A DNA stretch of 63,811 nucleotides, the filler included, from Dicyema japonicum (Eukaryota > Animalia > Dicyemida): NCBI GenBank assembly GCA_011109175.1. It is 11 parts of 11 records of this genome, joined end to end, with 100 filler letters (N's around TTAATTAATTAA, not from the genome) between each part and the next. Parts side by side here need not be neighbours in the genome. Positions count along the whole stretch, not along the records: positions 50,852 to 57,544 come from RDEW01000118.1; positions 57,645 to 59,570 come from RDEW01000003.1; positions 59,671 to 62,113 come from RDEW01000193.1; positions 62,214 to 63,811 come from RDEW01000090.1; 7 more parts are not named here. The stretch is one strand, 5' to 3'. Under the pieces are notes generated by a model. It ran no database searches, was not told where the DNA came from, and saw only the letters and a program-made list of their open reading frames with translations. A program made the position numbers and the translations under genes. This document shows positions 52,316-63,811 of the stretch, one piece after another (the first letter of the stretch is position 1; every line of letters begins with the position of its first letter).

Positions 52316-55300
52316 ATGACCTCATTGTTCGGACTTCTACGGCGTTTAATTTCTAATTTTGATAAAATTGAACTCACTAATAGACTCCAAAAAATTTCAC
52401 CAACCATTCAATTTGAAATTTTAAAGTCACAAAACGAAAATTTGTTTATTTTGATAATCGGAGATCAAGAAAAGTTAAATCCGGATGTATTATATTCCAT
52501 CATAGCACCATTCTCAATTAAAAATTTACAAGATATCAATATCGACATTGGTCAAATTAATGTATTATTAAATTCCTATTAATAAACCACATTTATAGAA
52601 AATGGATTTTCTAATTAAAAATATCAAATCAGAATCGGCCATTCAAAAAATTAAAAATCACTTTGATTCTCTTCCATTTCTATCAATAGTTAATACTGAT
52701 TTGTCATCAAAAACTTTCAAGTTGGAATATTCTTTGAAACATTATTCGATAAATCAAATATGTGGAATTTTTAAATCATTCGACGTGGACATTGACATTA
52801 TAAATTTAGAATCTTCTTTTGGAATCATCAATTATTATATAAATTCGTTTATTTTAAGAAAAATGCAATGCATATCATGCGTAACCAATATCGCACGATC
52901 TTTGATTGAACTAGATATTTCAGAAGCTTTCATCGATCAAAAGTTAAAGCAAGTGACAATTCATCACGCTAAATCTCTTTCAGCATTGGACATTGTGAAT
53001 TTTCTGTTTTCAAACAGTTTTCCAGCTATTCCAACGATTAATAAAACGGTATTTTTGTTATAAATTATATAAAATTACTAGGACAGTGTTAAAGGCTTGA
53101 TAACGGGTACTAAATATTTTATTGAAAAAGTTAAAAAATCGTGGAGTGAATTTCAGATGTACATCGATTTCTCTGATAAGGAACTTTTGAAATTTAATAT
53201 TCCATTAAATAGCTACTCTGAATTCGAAAATGATTTAATCAACATTTCTAATAACAATCAAAATTCGGAGATTTATTATGAAATGTGCTTATCGAAGAAA
53301 ACTAACCATATTCTTGGACATTTGCTTAATTCAGTTACAATTTTACCAAAATCTGTTCTAAAAGATAACGATATTGGAAATATTATGAGCTGTTTACGTG
53401 GAAAAATTGGAGTTTATAACGTTTTATATAACGAATCTTCAAGAAATATAACTTGTGACTATGTATGTGGATTTATAAAAGAAAGTGAACTTATTGATGA
53501 TTTTTTAAATGAAAAATGCTTAGTCATATCTTCTGCAATTATTAACATTATTGGAATGAAATGTAAATCATGTTCTGATACAGTTACAACTATTATTGAA
53601 AGTCTCGAAGGGATTTATTCCGTTGAAGTTGTGCTTGGAGAAGGCAAAGCTTTAGTAACATATCTTTCTGCGAAAATTTCTCTGAGTAAAATAATATCAG
53701 CAATAAATAGGAAAGGTTTTAAAGTCCAGGGTTATTTTTTTATAATATTTTTAAGATTCTCCTGTAATCAATTCTGTAACAGATGGTAATCTGAAACTGA
53801 TGAATGTTGACAAGACTTCATCTACACAGATTCATCTTAAAAAAGCAAGATTAAAGGTTGGAGGTATGACTTGCGCTTCTTGTGTTTCTGGAGTAGAGAA
53901 AATTTTGATGAAACTTTCAGGTTCTTAATAGACAATTATATTTCAGGAATTTCCAGTGTAACTGTAAGTCTACTCTCAGGTCAAATTGATATAATTTATG
54001 ACCCGTCATTGGTGACAAGTCAAGATTGCGTATTGAAAATTGTCAGTATTGGTTTTTCTGCTGCGGTTGTCTGGGATTTAATTAATGACGATTCTGATGA
54101 ATTAAAGCTTAATGTAATCAAATAATAATAAATATAATAAACTTTTTAGATATCCGGGATGTTTTGCTCAGCTTGTCCGGGGAAAATAGTTAAACATTTG
54201 GAAAATTTTGAAGGGATTATTGATACAAAAATAACATTAGCTAAAGGAGGTCGCGGAACTATAAAATACAAGAAAAGTATCATTTATGCAAGAAAGATAA
54301 TTTCTTTAATTAACGTATTTTGTTTTCTTAATAACAATTTATCACGCTAGGATTTGGGATTTAATGCAAGTCTTTTTCAACAAGAAACCGAAAATCATGA
54401 ACTTAATGACGAAATTAAAAAGTATTTCCCATTTAGTATTTTCAAAGATGGAAAAAATCATTTTTATTATCTCTTTTTTGTGGAGTTCCAGTGATGATAA
54501 TAATGATTGTATTTTTAAAAATTAGACATCGTATAATAATTCAATACTATATTTTAGAGATAGAAAATAAGACATGTAGATTCGATGTATTCTTGATCTA
54601 TTATGGCTTATCGTTAGAAAATAATTCAATACTATATTTTAGAGATAGAAAATAAGACATGTAGATTCGATGTATTCTTGATCTATTATGGCTTATCGTT
54701 AGAAAATATTCTTTTATTCTTACTTGCTACTCCAGTTCAAGTTTCTGCTTTCATAAGCACACTTTTAGTTTTTTGCTGGGAAAGAATATTACATTCGTGC
54801 TTACAACTATCTTAAAATTGGTTTAGCAAATATGGATTTATTGGTTGTAATGACAACCTCGTTTTCATATTTTTATTCGTTATCTGTTGTCATTGCTTTT
54901 GTCACTCTGAAAAAGTGTAGTAGTCCCAAAACCTTTTTTGAAACTTCTCCTATGCTAATGGTTTTTATTTCACTTGGACGTTGGCTTGAAAATATTGCTA
55001 AGGTTAATCCGGAATATTATTTCAATTTTAAATAATTATTTAGGCTAGAGCATCTAGTGCTATTCATAATCTTGTTTCAATTAAGCCATCAAATGCCTTG
55101 TTAGTTGAACTTGACGCAGATGGAAAAATACTTTCAAGCAAATATATTCCTGCCGACCTGGTTGAAAAGGATGAAGTTGTAAAAATTCTTCCCGGGAGTC
55201 GGATCCCAGTCGACGGTATAGTAATTTTTGGTCGTTCTTCTTGCGACGAATCATTGTTAACTGGTGAACCTCTTCCCGTAGTCAAAAAACCAGGTAAGTT

Positions 55301-57384
55301 ATATATGAATTGATATGTTTAGGTGATGGAGTAATTTGTGGCTCATTTAACGTGATGGGAACCTTACTTATAAAAGCTAGTAATGTAGGATCCGGCACAA
55401 CATTAGCACAGATCCTTGAGCTTGTACGCACAGCACAAACCTCTAAAGTTTTAAAATATTTTTTAACAATATTTATAGCCGAAGCTGCAGAGAATTTCAG
55501 ATAAAATTGCAGGAATATTTGTTTATCTTATTATTGGAATATCACTATTGACATTTACTATTTGGATTATTACAGGTTATATTAATAAGGTAGCATAATT
55601 ACGATTAATATTATTTAGTCTGAAAATGATAAAATTTTCAGTAGAGCTTTTCAATTTGCAATATCAACAATGGCAATAGCTTGCCCATGTGCTTTAGGAC
55701 TAGCAGCTCCAACTGCTGTTATGGTTGGCACAGGAGTTGGTGCACTTCGCGGGATTCTTATTAAAGGTGGAGTTGCCCTCGAATCTCTCTGGAAAGTAAA
55801 TTATTTATTTTGCATTATATCAAGGTCAATACCATAATTTTTGACAAAACTGGAACTATTACTGAGGGAATATCAAGTGTTCTTGGGATAATTACATTTA
55901 ATTCGGAAATTAATTATAAAAATCTTTTGAGCGCAATTTATGAAGCTGAATCCAACAGTGAGCACCCATTTGCAGCCACAATCACAAACTACATTAAGGT
56001 TTTGTCTTATTAATATAAAATTAATCTGAAATAGCAACAACCAGAATTCTTGTCTAATTTTACTATAAAAGATTTTAAAGCAGTACCCGGATATGGAGTT
56101 TGTACTTGTGGAATTTTTTTGGGTTTTTATAATTTGATTTTTAAAATGTTTAGAAAATAATAAAGAAACGATTGTTGTTANGCAGATGCTGCAGAGCAAA
56201 GAAAAATTGCCAAATACGCAAATCTCGGAAAACGGTACCGCTTCGTACCTATCTCTGTGGAGACTTCTGGGGTAACCGGCCCTCTTACGACTTCTTTCAT
56301 CAGAGAAGTCGGAGGAAAAGTTGCTAGGCGACGTGGGGAGCCTCGAGAAGTGTCATGGTTGTTCCAACAAATTGGAATAGCTGTCGTTCGCGGCAATGCA
56401 CACTCCATCATGCGTGCAACCGCAAGTTAATTAATTAGTATCTCTGTTTCTATATCGATTTAAATAATAANACTGAATCGACTGGGATACGAAATATATT
56501 TATTAACTGGTGATAATCGCCGTACTGCTTCTGTTATAGCACAGCGGGTTAAATTAATTCTAAATATTTTATGTAGGTTGGTATCAACAATGTCTTTGCT
56601 GAAGTTCTGCCGTCTCATAAAATGCAAAAGGTCGAAGAATTACAATCTATGGGGAAAATTGTAGCCATGATTGGGGATGGCATAAATGACTCTCCGGCAC
56701 TTGCAAAAGCAGATGCTGGTATAGCTATCGGTTCTGGTGCACAAATTGCTATAAATACTGCAGACGTGGTTCTAATGAAGGTATTATTTTTATTTAAATT
56801 TATTAGAATGATCTTGTCGATGTTATAAGAGCTCTGAACTTGTCTAAGGCCATAGTGAGAAGAATTCGCTTTAATTTTGCGGGTGCATCAATTTATAATT
56901 TTTTGGCGATTCCTTTTGCAGCCGGAATCCTATATTCAATTGGATACGTTCTTGTCCCTTGGATGGCTTCCGCTGCCATGGCTGCGTCATCATTGACAGT
57001 TGTATTCTTGTCTCTGCTTCTTAAGCGGTTCTATATATTAATTAAATATTAGTCACAAATCGGTCAGCGTTAATCAACTAAAAACAAAAAATTACTATAA
57101 ATATTGTCAAACTCTAAAACAAAGTCAAGAATTTGTATTCTTGTCTCTGCTTCTTAAGCGGTTCTATATATTAGTTAAATATTAGTCACAAATCGGTCAG
57201 CGTTAATAAACTAAAAACAAAAAATTACTATAAATATTGTCAAACTCTAAAACAAAGTCAAGAATTGGAACCAATTGTCTATTCTGGCTTGGGAAACAAT
57301 TCAATAAAGAAAGAGCCCAAAAATGTGCTTAGTTCAGTTAGCGACATCTCGCTGGATTTTATAGCTCCATTTCATAAATTATAA
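52316..57384 (+). CDS. ATP7A: Copper-transporting P1B-type ATPase, multi-exon; part of the N-domain missing at N joins
   Basis: Four CxxC metal-binding motifs (MQCISC, GMKCKSC, GMTCASC, GMFCSAC), YFYS, LGRWLE, TGE, CPC, DKTGT (55843-55857), [24 protein letters not shown]. Introns 25-37 nt. Confidence 0.93.
56183..56430 (+). mobile_element. CRE-like 3' fragment inside the ATP7A locus, between two single-N joins
   Basis: [20 protein letters not shown]...[17 protein letters not shown]. Confidence 0.85.
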
Positions 57385-57644
57385 ATTCAATAAATAATTT
57401 CTGTTTTGTTAGATTAATATCATCCTTAATTAAATCATGCAAAAACGTTTAATAATAAAACGCTAGATAAAAGCATTTTATAAATTAATTTATTGCGTGC
57501 CAGTATGGCGATCAGGATGACGTATCTCTAGTCATCATAGTTAGNNNNNNNNNNNNNNNNNNNNNNNNNNNNNNNNNNNNNNNNNNNNTTAATTAATTAA
57601 NNNNNNNNNNNNNNNNNNNNNNNNNNNNNNNNNNNNNNNNNNNN

Positions 57645-58434
57645 TGACCGACCTACGATCAAAATTTAAAGAGTGCCTTTTCTTTGTAGGGATAACTCGT
57701 TTCCGTGTCGATTCCTTTGTTGAATGCAATATATTTATATGTTTCGGGCGAGCGTCCTCCTATACATCCATGCTCCATCCCGCAATCAATGATGTTTTGT
57801 ACGCTAAAAGAAATAAGTTTTCTGTATTTCCGTGCATATTGCCCTTCTAGAGAGGCTAACTGAAAATTTCAAAAAATTCAATACCGCCGCGAATGCAGTA
57901 CATGAACCACACTCGCCCTGATTTTTTATTGGCGTAACTAAATTATGTTTGACCCAATTGACGGAAATAGGCAAGTAACGACCCATTCCATCCATAACAA
58001 GATCATCAACCATGACCCCATTTGACATATTTTGATCATAATTTTTGTCTTTATTTGATGAATAATGACGATCATATCTCATGAACTGTTTTTCAACCTC
58101 ACACCGAGTCTAAGTCATTGATATCTAAATCTATACCAAATCAGTAAATTGATTAATTCCCAATGTGAAGGAAACACTCTGATCATTTTCTGAGTTGTGC
58201 TTTGATATAAACTCGAGATTTTCCTTAAATATTGCTTTTCTTTTAACAAATTCTAATTTGTTGTAAGTTTTATCTGAAATAAATTAATTCTTATCTATAT
58301 TTTGTAACATAGTCGACCCATCTTTTATCTACTGAATCTTCTAAATTTTCATCGACTGAATTGTAGTAAAATGCTATCTTTAACGAGTTAAAATTATTGC
58401 AGAAAAGTAAAGCACAGCAAATTAGGGCGTTCAT
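57645..58434 (-). CDS. CTSL: Cathepsin L-like papain-family cysteine protease, 3' truncated by gap
   Basis: Signal peptide, propeptide KYNKTY..E..KRKAIF..N..I..HN and INQFTDL, mature [33 protein letters not shown]. Confidence 0.85.
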
Positions 58435-58511
58435 TGAATATAATTATATTTTAGTTTTTAATTTAATTTAAATTTAATAATATTTAATTTAAATCATAAA
58501 ATTACTGACCA

Positions 58512-58623
58512 GCCGGGTGGCTTAGTGGTTAGGTGTCGGGCTTAAGTGGCTTAGGCTACGGGTTCGAATCTCGCTGCTGTCCACCTGGTGGAAGGTTCCA
58601 CGCATCTACGATGCAGAAATGGT
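58512..58623 (+). mobile_element. tRNA-derived SINE (copy F), 5' part, cut at N58624
   Basis: Near-identical head to copies A-C, plus the first core hairpin GCATCTACGATGC. Confidence 0.85.
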
Positions 58624-59708
58624 NTTATCGACTGAATTGTAGTAAAATGCTATCTTTAACGAGTTAAAATTATTGCAGAAAAGTAAAGCACAGCAAATAA
58701 GGGCGTTCATTGAATATAATTATATTTTAGTTTTTAATTTAATTTATATTTAATAATATTTAATTTAAATCATAAAATTACTTACCAAAAATATACCGAC
58801 GAATCTTCAACTCACCTACGCTATTGGTGGGAAAAGTGACTCTTTGATTGCGGAGGTGGCGTCAATGGTCGGTAAACCTTATATTAGGGTAGCTTTTTTA
58901 AAGGTCAAACTTGGATATATTTTAAGCACTTGCTCGAATGAACTTCCTCATATAGTTTTAGCTAATGCACGCATCTTATATCTCTCCTCCATGCAAGTAA
59001 CACACGGATTTCTTCAAATTGGTCGTATCACAAATGAAGTTCTACCGTTAGCCCCTAGTCTCTTTCATTTGAAAAATCGTAGGTAATAAATAAAAGAAGA
59101 GGTGGTGGACAAAGTTTTCATATAAAATAATATTTCAATTATTAGTAATGTCATAATTATCAAATAATCCTGAATTTTAAGTGCATCTCAAAAAATGACG
59201 GAAATAGAAGGCTTTGAATATTCCCACTTAAAGATTTAAGCGTTTTGTACAAAATGTTCTGACGCATTGAAGTTTTACAATATTAATTGTGGAGAACTTC
59301 ACGATCACTGTGTAGCAGGCTCCTTTACAATTTAGACAAATTATGATTTCAGAAGTGTTCGTCCACAGTCGTTTCATCCCTCGGATTTACTGTTCCGTTA
59401 TTCTGTATGCCTTTTACTTAATAGCTGCGATTTTATAAGCATTTTCTATTATATTTATAAACTCCAGGAGAAACATGCATAAGAAATGCATGGTGCAACG
59501 TACTTTTTGTATAACATTACTAGTTACTCAGCTAAAACACTAAGCTATGAATACTTAAGGTTCCTTTTGTNNNNNNNNNNNNNNNNNNNNNNNNNNNNNN
59601 NNNNNNNNNNNNNNTTAATTAATTAANNNNNNNNNNNNNNNNNNNNNNNNNNNNNNNNNNNNNNNNNNNNGATCAATTAACTAACTATTGGATCAACTTG
59701 TTTAACTA

Positions 59709-60995
59709 CTATAAAACAGCATAAATACCTCCTTCATTAACAGACTCTTCGTCAGATGATCTCTCTGTTCTAACTGGTAAGGACTCTTTACACTTATTGC
59801 GTAACTCCCTCAATTCGTCAAATTTGTCATTCAAATCAGTTAAACTCTTTATGACAAAATTAAGCATAATTTGAGCACTTCGGACATTTTTTTTAGTTCC
59901 AACGACATGAATATCGTATGTATCACCATCCGTAGAACTTTTGCCCATATACACTCGTTTGACGTCCGATCTATCGACAATCTTTTGAAGATTATCTCCT
60001 TTTTGTCCAACGATTTTGTCTACAATGACCTCCAGCATTTACTTATCAGATCTTTGTGGGCAGGCACCACCAACTCTACATACTCCAAAATAGACCGAGC
60101 CTCTTCAACACAGACTTCGTTGACTCCGATTATCTTTATTGTCGATGTTTCATCATCCACGGATATATTCTGGATACCCTCTATAGCTCGAGCCTTGATA
60201 ATGTTCGCACCCTTAGATCCAATCGAATGACACATAAGAGACTTCTCCACTGGAAATTGGTCCACTACTGTGCCTTCCTGGGGGATCTCACCACTCCGAT
60301 ATTGAGCAGAAGCTAGCTTACTTGCTAATCTCAGATCTGCTTTCAAAAAATGGATATGCAGATCAGAAACATTTAGTATGTGGTCAATATCCTCCAAATT
60401 CGGTGACTACGATTACCAACACAAATTACTATAAAGGACATCTTCCCAGTTGAGTCGTTGAAACTCACGGAAACTGTGGATGAACATTCATTAGTCAGCT
60501 TCTTGATATTTTCCTTAGCCAGCATAGCATCTTTCATCTGCGTAGGGACCGTTATGGTAGCATAGTGGTAACAGGGACTACCCCTCACGTCCATTGTCCC
60601 GTTTGGACAAACTGATCTCACTTCCTCTATCGTATATGAAAGATTAACGCCTTCTCCTCCACTGACAGTAAAAAAGTCTCCCCGGATTTTGTCTATAGCA
60701 ACTCGGCACCAGCCTGATAATCCGTCAGAAACCACAGGCACCTGAAATTAATTGATTGAAATACTTCAATTTCACATCCGACTTCCACATTGGGTTGAGT
60801 TTTAGCGTTTGATGGTACTCTTAGTTGTGAATAGTAATAGAGTTTAGGTTCACTAGAATATAAGAAAATGGGTCACCCGTTCAGATCCACAGTTAAACCA
60901 TCGTTGTTTCCGCTCTTCACAAAACCTAACACCCAGAAATTCTGGCGGACAGCAACTTCGACCTCATAGAGAGACAATTCATGATTGAATGTCAT
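59709..60995 (-). CDS. FMR1: Fragile X family RNA-binding protein (tandem Agenet/Tudor plus KH domains)
   Basis: GWCRVAIDKIRGDFFTV Agenet-like segment, KH1 IGSKGANIIKARAIEGI..ARSILEY, KH2 IVGQKGDNLQKIVDRSDV. Introns 23-24 nt. Confidence 0.85.
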
Positions 60996-61689
60996 AACAA
61001 CAACGCAAGTATAATACCAATAAGCATGCAAACGTTAATTGTTTTTGGTTAACCAATCTAAAATATTAAAATATTAATAATTATATTTATAAAAATAAAT
61101 AATATATTTATTATAAATACTCATCAATTATTTTTAAAAAAATATGATATTTTGATTATCATTTAAATTTTTCAATCAATTCTCATTTTGCCTTAAAATT
61201 AATATTTAACCGATGCTCCCTTGTTGACAAATATTATTTCAATATTTAACTAATATCCTCAGAATCGATTTTTTCATTATATTCTACGCAATAAATTACT
61301 CAATCCTTTCACACTCGAAAATTAATGAATGCTATTATTTCGTTTTTTAGATATTTTAAAATCATATTTTGCTATGAATTCTATTTTTCCATAATCTTGT
61401 GTGTTAATTCTAATAAATAAGTTCCTAGCTATTTATTTATTCGAGGTTTCTTTAACTAGAAAAACCTAACTGAGACGTAATAGTCAAAATTAAATACTTT
61501 TATAAATTATGCAGATGGATCTAAAACGTGTTTAATGTTATTTCATTCCTATGGAAATACAACTTACAATATATGTTTTACTGAAAATTAATGAAATGCT
61601 CTTGAGGAAGGAATATTTTTTACAATATACATACTGACTCCATCGATAAATGACTAATGTGCTTAAAACTTTTTTTGTTTGTATTTTAG

Positions 61690-61780
61690 GAGACCTCGTG
61701 AGCGCTGCTGGTTTTTTGAGCGAATCTCGCTCGCCATCCTGAGAGGGAATAGCCACGCAGTCAGGGCAGCCGGTATATAA
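61690..61780 (+). mobile_element. CRE-like extreme 3' fragment
   Basis: DLVSAAGFLSESR / ERISLAILRGNSHAVRAA, nearly identical to the end of the 13.6 kb copy. Confidence 0.8.
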
Positions 61781-61839
61781 CCGTTTACTCTTTTATCTAT
61801 CCTTAATAAAATTTTATATAATTTTAGAATTGTAAAAAA

Positions 61840-62113
61840 CATGCAACGTGCGTTCGATTCGGTGGCGTTAAAACTCTCTCGAGTTGGCAAAAATGTTGAA
61901 AGGAAAAAAGGAGAAGGGTCACTTGCGTTACCTGATGGTATGAATGTAATTCTTGCCATATCCGAGAGCGTTGTGGCAGATGACCCAAAAGAATGGGCGA
62001 GGCAGGTAGTCCTGCAGGTACGTAGCAGGCTATCTCGAATGCCCTGGAATGGATGGCCATACTTGGCGGAGCTCTGCAGTGGCAGATTCAGTACTGCTAT
62101 ATCTGTGAGTGAA
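61840..62113 (+). mobile_element. RTE-type APE endonuclease N-terminal remnant
   Basis: NVRSIR...ELAKML..., with stops, resembles the RTE APE start. Confidence 0.3.
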
Positions 62114-62254
62114 NNNNNNNNNNNNNNNNNNNNNNNNNNNNNNNNNNNNNNNNNNNNTTAATTAATTAANNNNNNNNNNNNNNNNNNNNNNNNNNNNNNN
62201 NNNNNNNNNNNNNAAATTATCGTAAACATCAGATGGAATCGTTTATTTCGATTT

Positions 62255-62730
62255 ATGATGGGAATCTCACTACGACTCGGATTAAAAATCTGCGTTCCAC
62301 ATCCGTGCCGATCCGGAAACCAGATCGATTGTTTTACAAGCAACCTCTCTCATGCAGGAAGATTGCAATCAGATTTCCTAGACTCATGTTCTAGAACGAA
62401 GTCGTTAGGCAAGCTTTGACGCCGCCTGACACCTCACTATGGTCGAACCAGTTGGTCTTGTGATGAAAAACTATCAGAAGGGATGAGAATCTTCTCTTTT
62501 GAAGCCGGGAAACCTCTTCTCTGGGATATCACCTGCACCGACACGTTTGCCCCCTGCAACCTACTAGAGCCTGTTATGCATCTGAGAAGACCGAGAGGTT
62601 GAAACGGGAAAAGTACGCGGTCCTACCCAAGGATTTTTTATTTGTTCCATTCGCAGTTGAGACGCCTGTTTCCTTTCGTTTGCGAAACTGAAATTCTTGA
62701 GTCGTCTAAGGAATCGGATTTTTATATGAG
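62255..62730 (+). mobile_element. Decayed CRE-like knuckle/endonuclease fragment
   Basis: GISLRLGLKICVPHPCR, FEAGKPLLWDITCTDTF, FVPFAVET. Confidence 0.8.
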
Positions 62731-63811
62731 CACGAGATCCCCATGAGTCCTGCGGGTTATTCTGTAATTTTTAATATTAAAGATAATTCCTTAGAATTCT
62801 GTTTTTGAGTCTCAATTGGCTTTTGTGTTGAGCTAAACAGTTAAATTCACGATAAGAATTCTGAAATTAATAATATTTTGTTTTTATATCAACCAGGTTT
62901 CTGTAAATTAATATTTTAGATTATAAACCTATTGATTTGTATATTTTCACAACAAATTTATTAAAACGGGGTTGTGGACTCTCTGAAAACTCTGCAATAG
63001 GTTTATAGTTGTTTCTCAATTTCTTTTAGTATTTTATATTGAATCAATTTACGGAGATTTTGAATTTTGATTTTTAATAGTTTTCTAGTTTTTTTGATAT
63101 TCTTAATGACTGTTCAGACGCGTTATATAAATACGATAGGGATGAGTTATGTTGTCTTGTTACTTTGGTCAAATATCCTAAGCGGAGTTTCATTAACCAC
63201 CTTTAAAGGTTAGACATACTGTCACCTATAATGACTTTTTTTATTTTTTCAATTTTGTTATTCGTTTAATTTTTGAACACCACGTGCCTACATGAACTAA
63301 GAATGGTGCTAAGTTATTAAATGACTAAGCATAGGAATTAACTTTAATTACTTAGCTGAAACTAGAGAAAGAGTGATAAAAACCAGGATATGACTAATTA
63401 TGAAATATATTGAACGGAAAAGCAGAAAAATTATCATTATAAACATGCATAAAATCATATTAAGTATAATTCTNAAATGACTAAGCGTAGGAATTAACTT
63501 TAATTACTTAGCTGTAACTGGAGAAAGAGTGATAAAAACCAGGATATGACAAATTATGAAATATATTGAACTGAATAGCAGAAAAATTATCATTAGAAAC
63601 ATGCATAAAATCATATTAAGTATAATTCCATATCTGTATCTTTTGATAGGTAATTTTCTAAGTTTGATTTTTTAAGAAAAAATGGAAAAATTAGCATCCC
63701 TAAGAAGACCGGTCCTTCAGTGTCAGAGGTAATATTTCTATATATTTTAGTTCCCTTCTGATTCAAGAGTAACTTTAACACCAATCAAGTTAAAGAATTT
63801 TGTCCTTCGTA

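Noticed and set aside
50852-57384. Functional link between the 2A-LINE and the adjacent ATP7A start (head-to-head)
   Set aside because: The two are joined at an ambiguous N (52293), so the adjacency and the ORF extension across it may be artefacts.

Overview
AT-rich eukaryotic, most likely metazoan (FMR1, TTBK and ATP7 homologues), draft genomic DNA with extremely short spliceosomal introns (22-37 nt in my manual parse). A parasitic lineage such as a dicyemid or myxozoan is plausible but is only an inference. The window is not one contiguous locus: ten 100-nt spacers (44N-TTAATTAATTAA-44N) join separate contigs, and many local tandem duplications sit at single-N joins. Host genes: SLC17-like transporter and ornithine aminotransferase (both apparently disrupted), a small secreted acidic peptide, tau-tubulin kinase, two AGC kinases, copper P1B-ATPase, cathepsin L-like protease and an FMR1/FXR homologue. 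Most of the rest is transposon debris: about 12 copies of CRE-like (restriction-like endonuclease) non-LTR elements, Ingi/Vingi-like and RTE-like LINEs, hAT, pogo, Gypsy/Ginger remnants, six tRNA-derived SINEs and an 85/97-bp satellite. Best leads: (1) a near full-length CRE-like element with a PHD finger fused to the RT, whose PHD-RT part is fully open (648 codons) while the endonuclease part carries six TGA stops and a frameshift; (2) a SINE group with different tRNA heads and tails sharing a covarying structured RNA core; (3) a viral-type 2A StopGo motif ahead of an APE endonuclease; (4) a dimeric 182-bp satellite co-amplified with a SINE; (5) GC-AG and GA-AG micro-introns.
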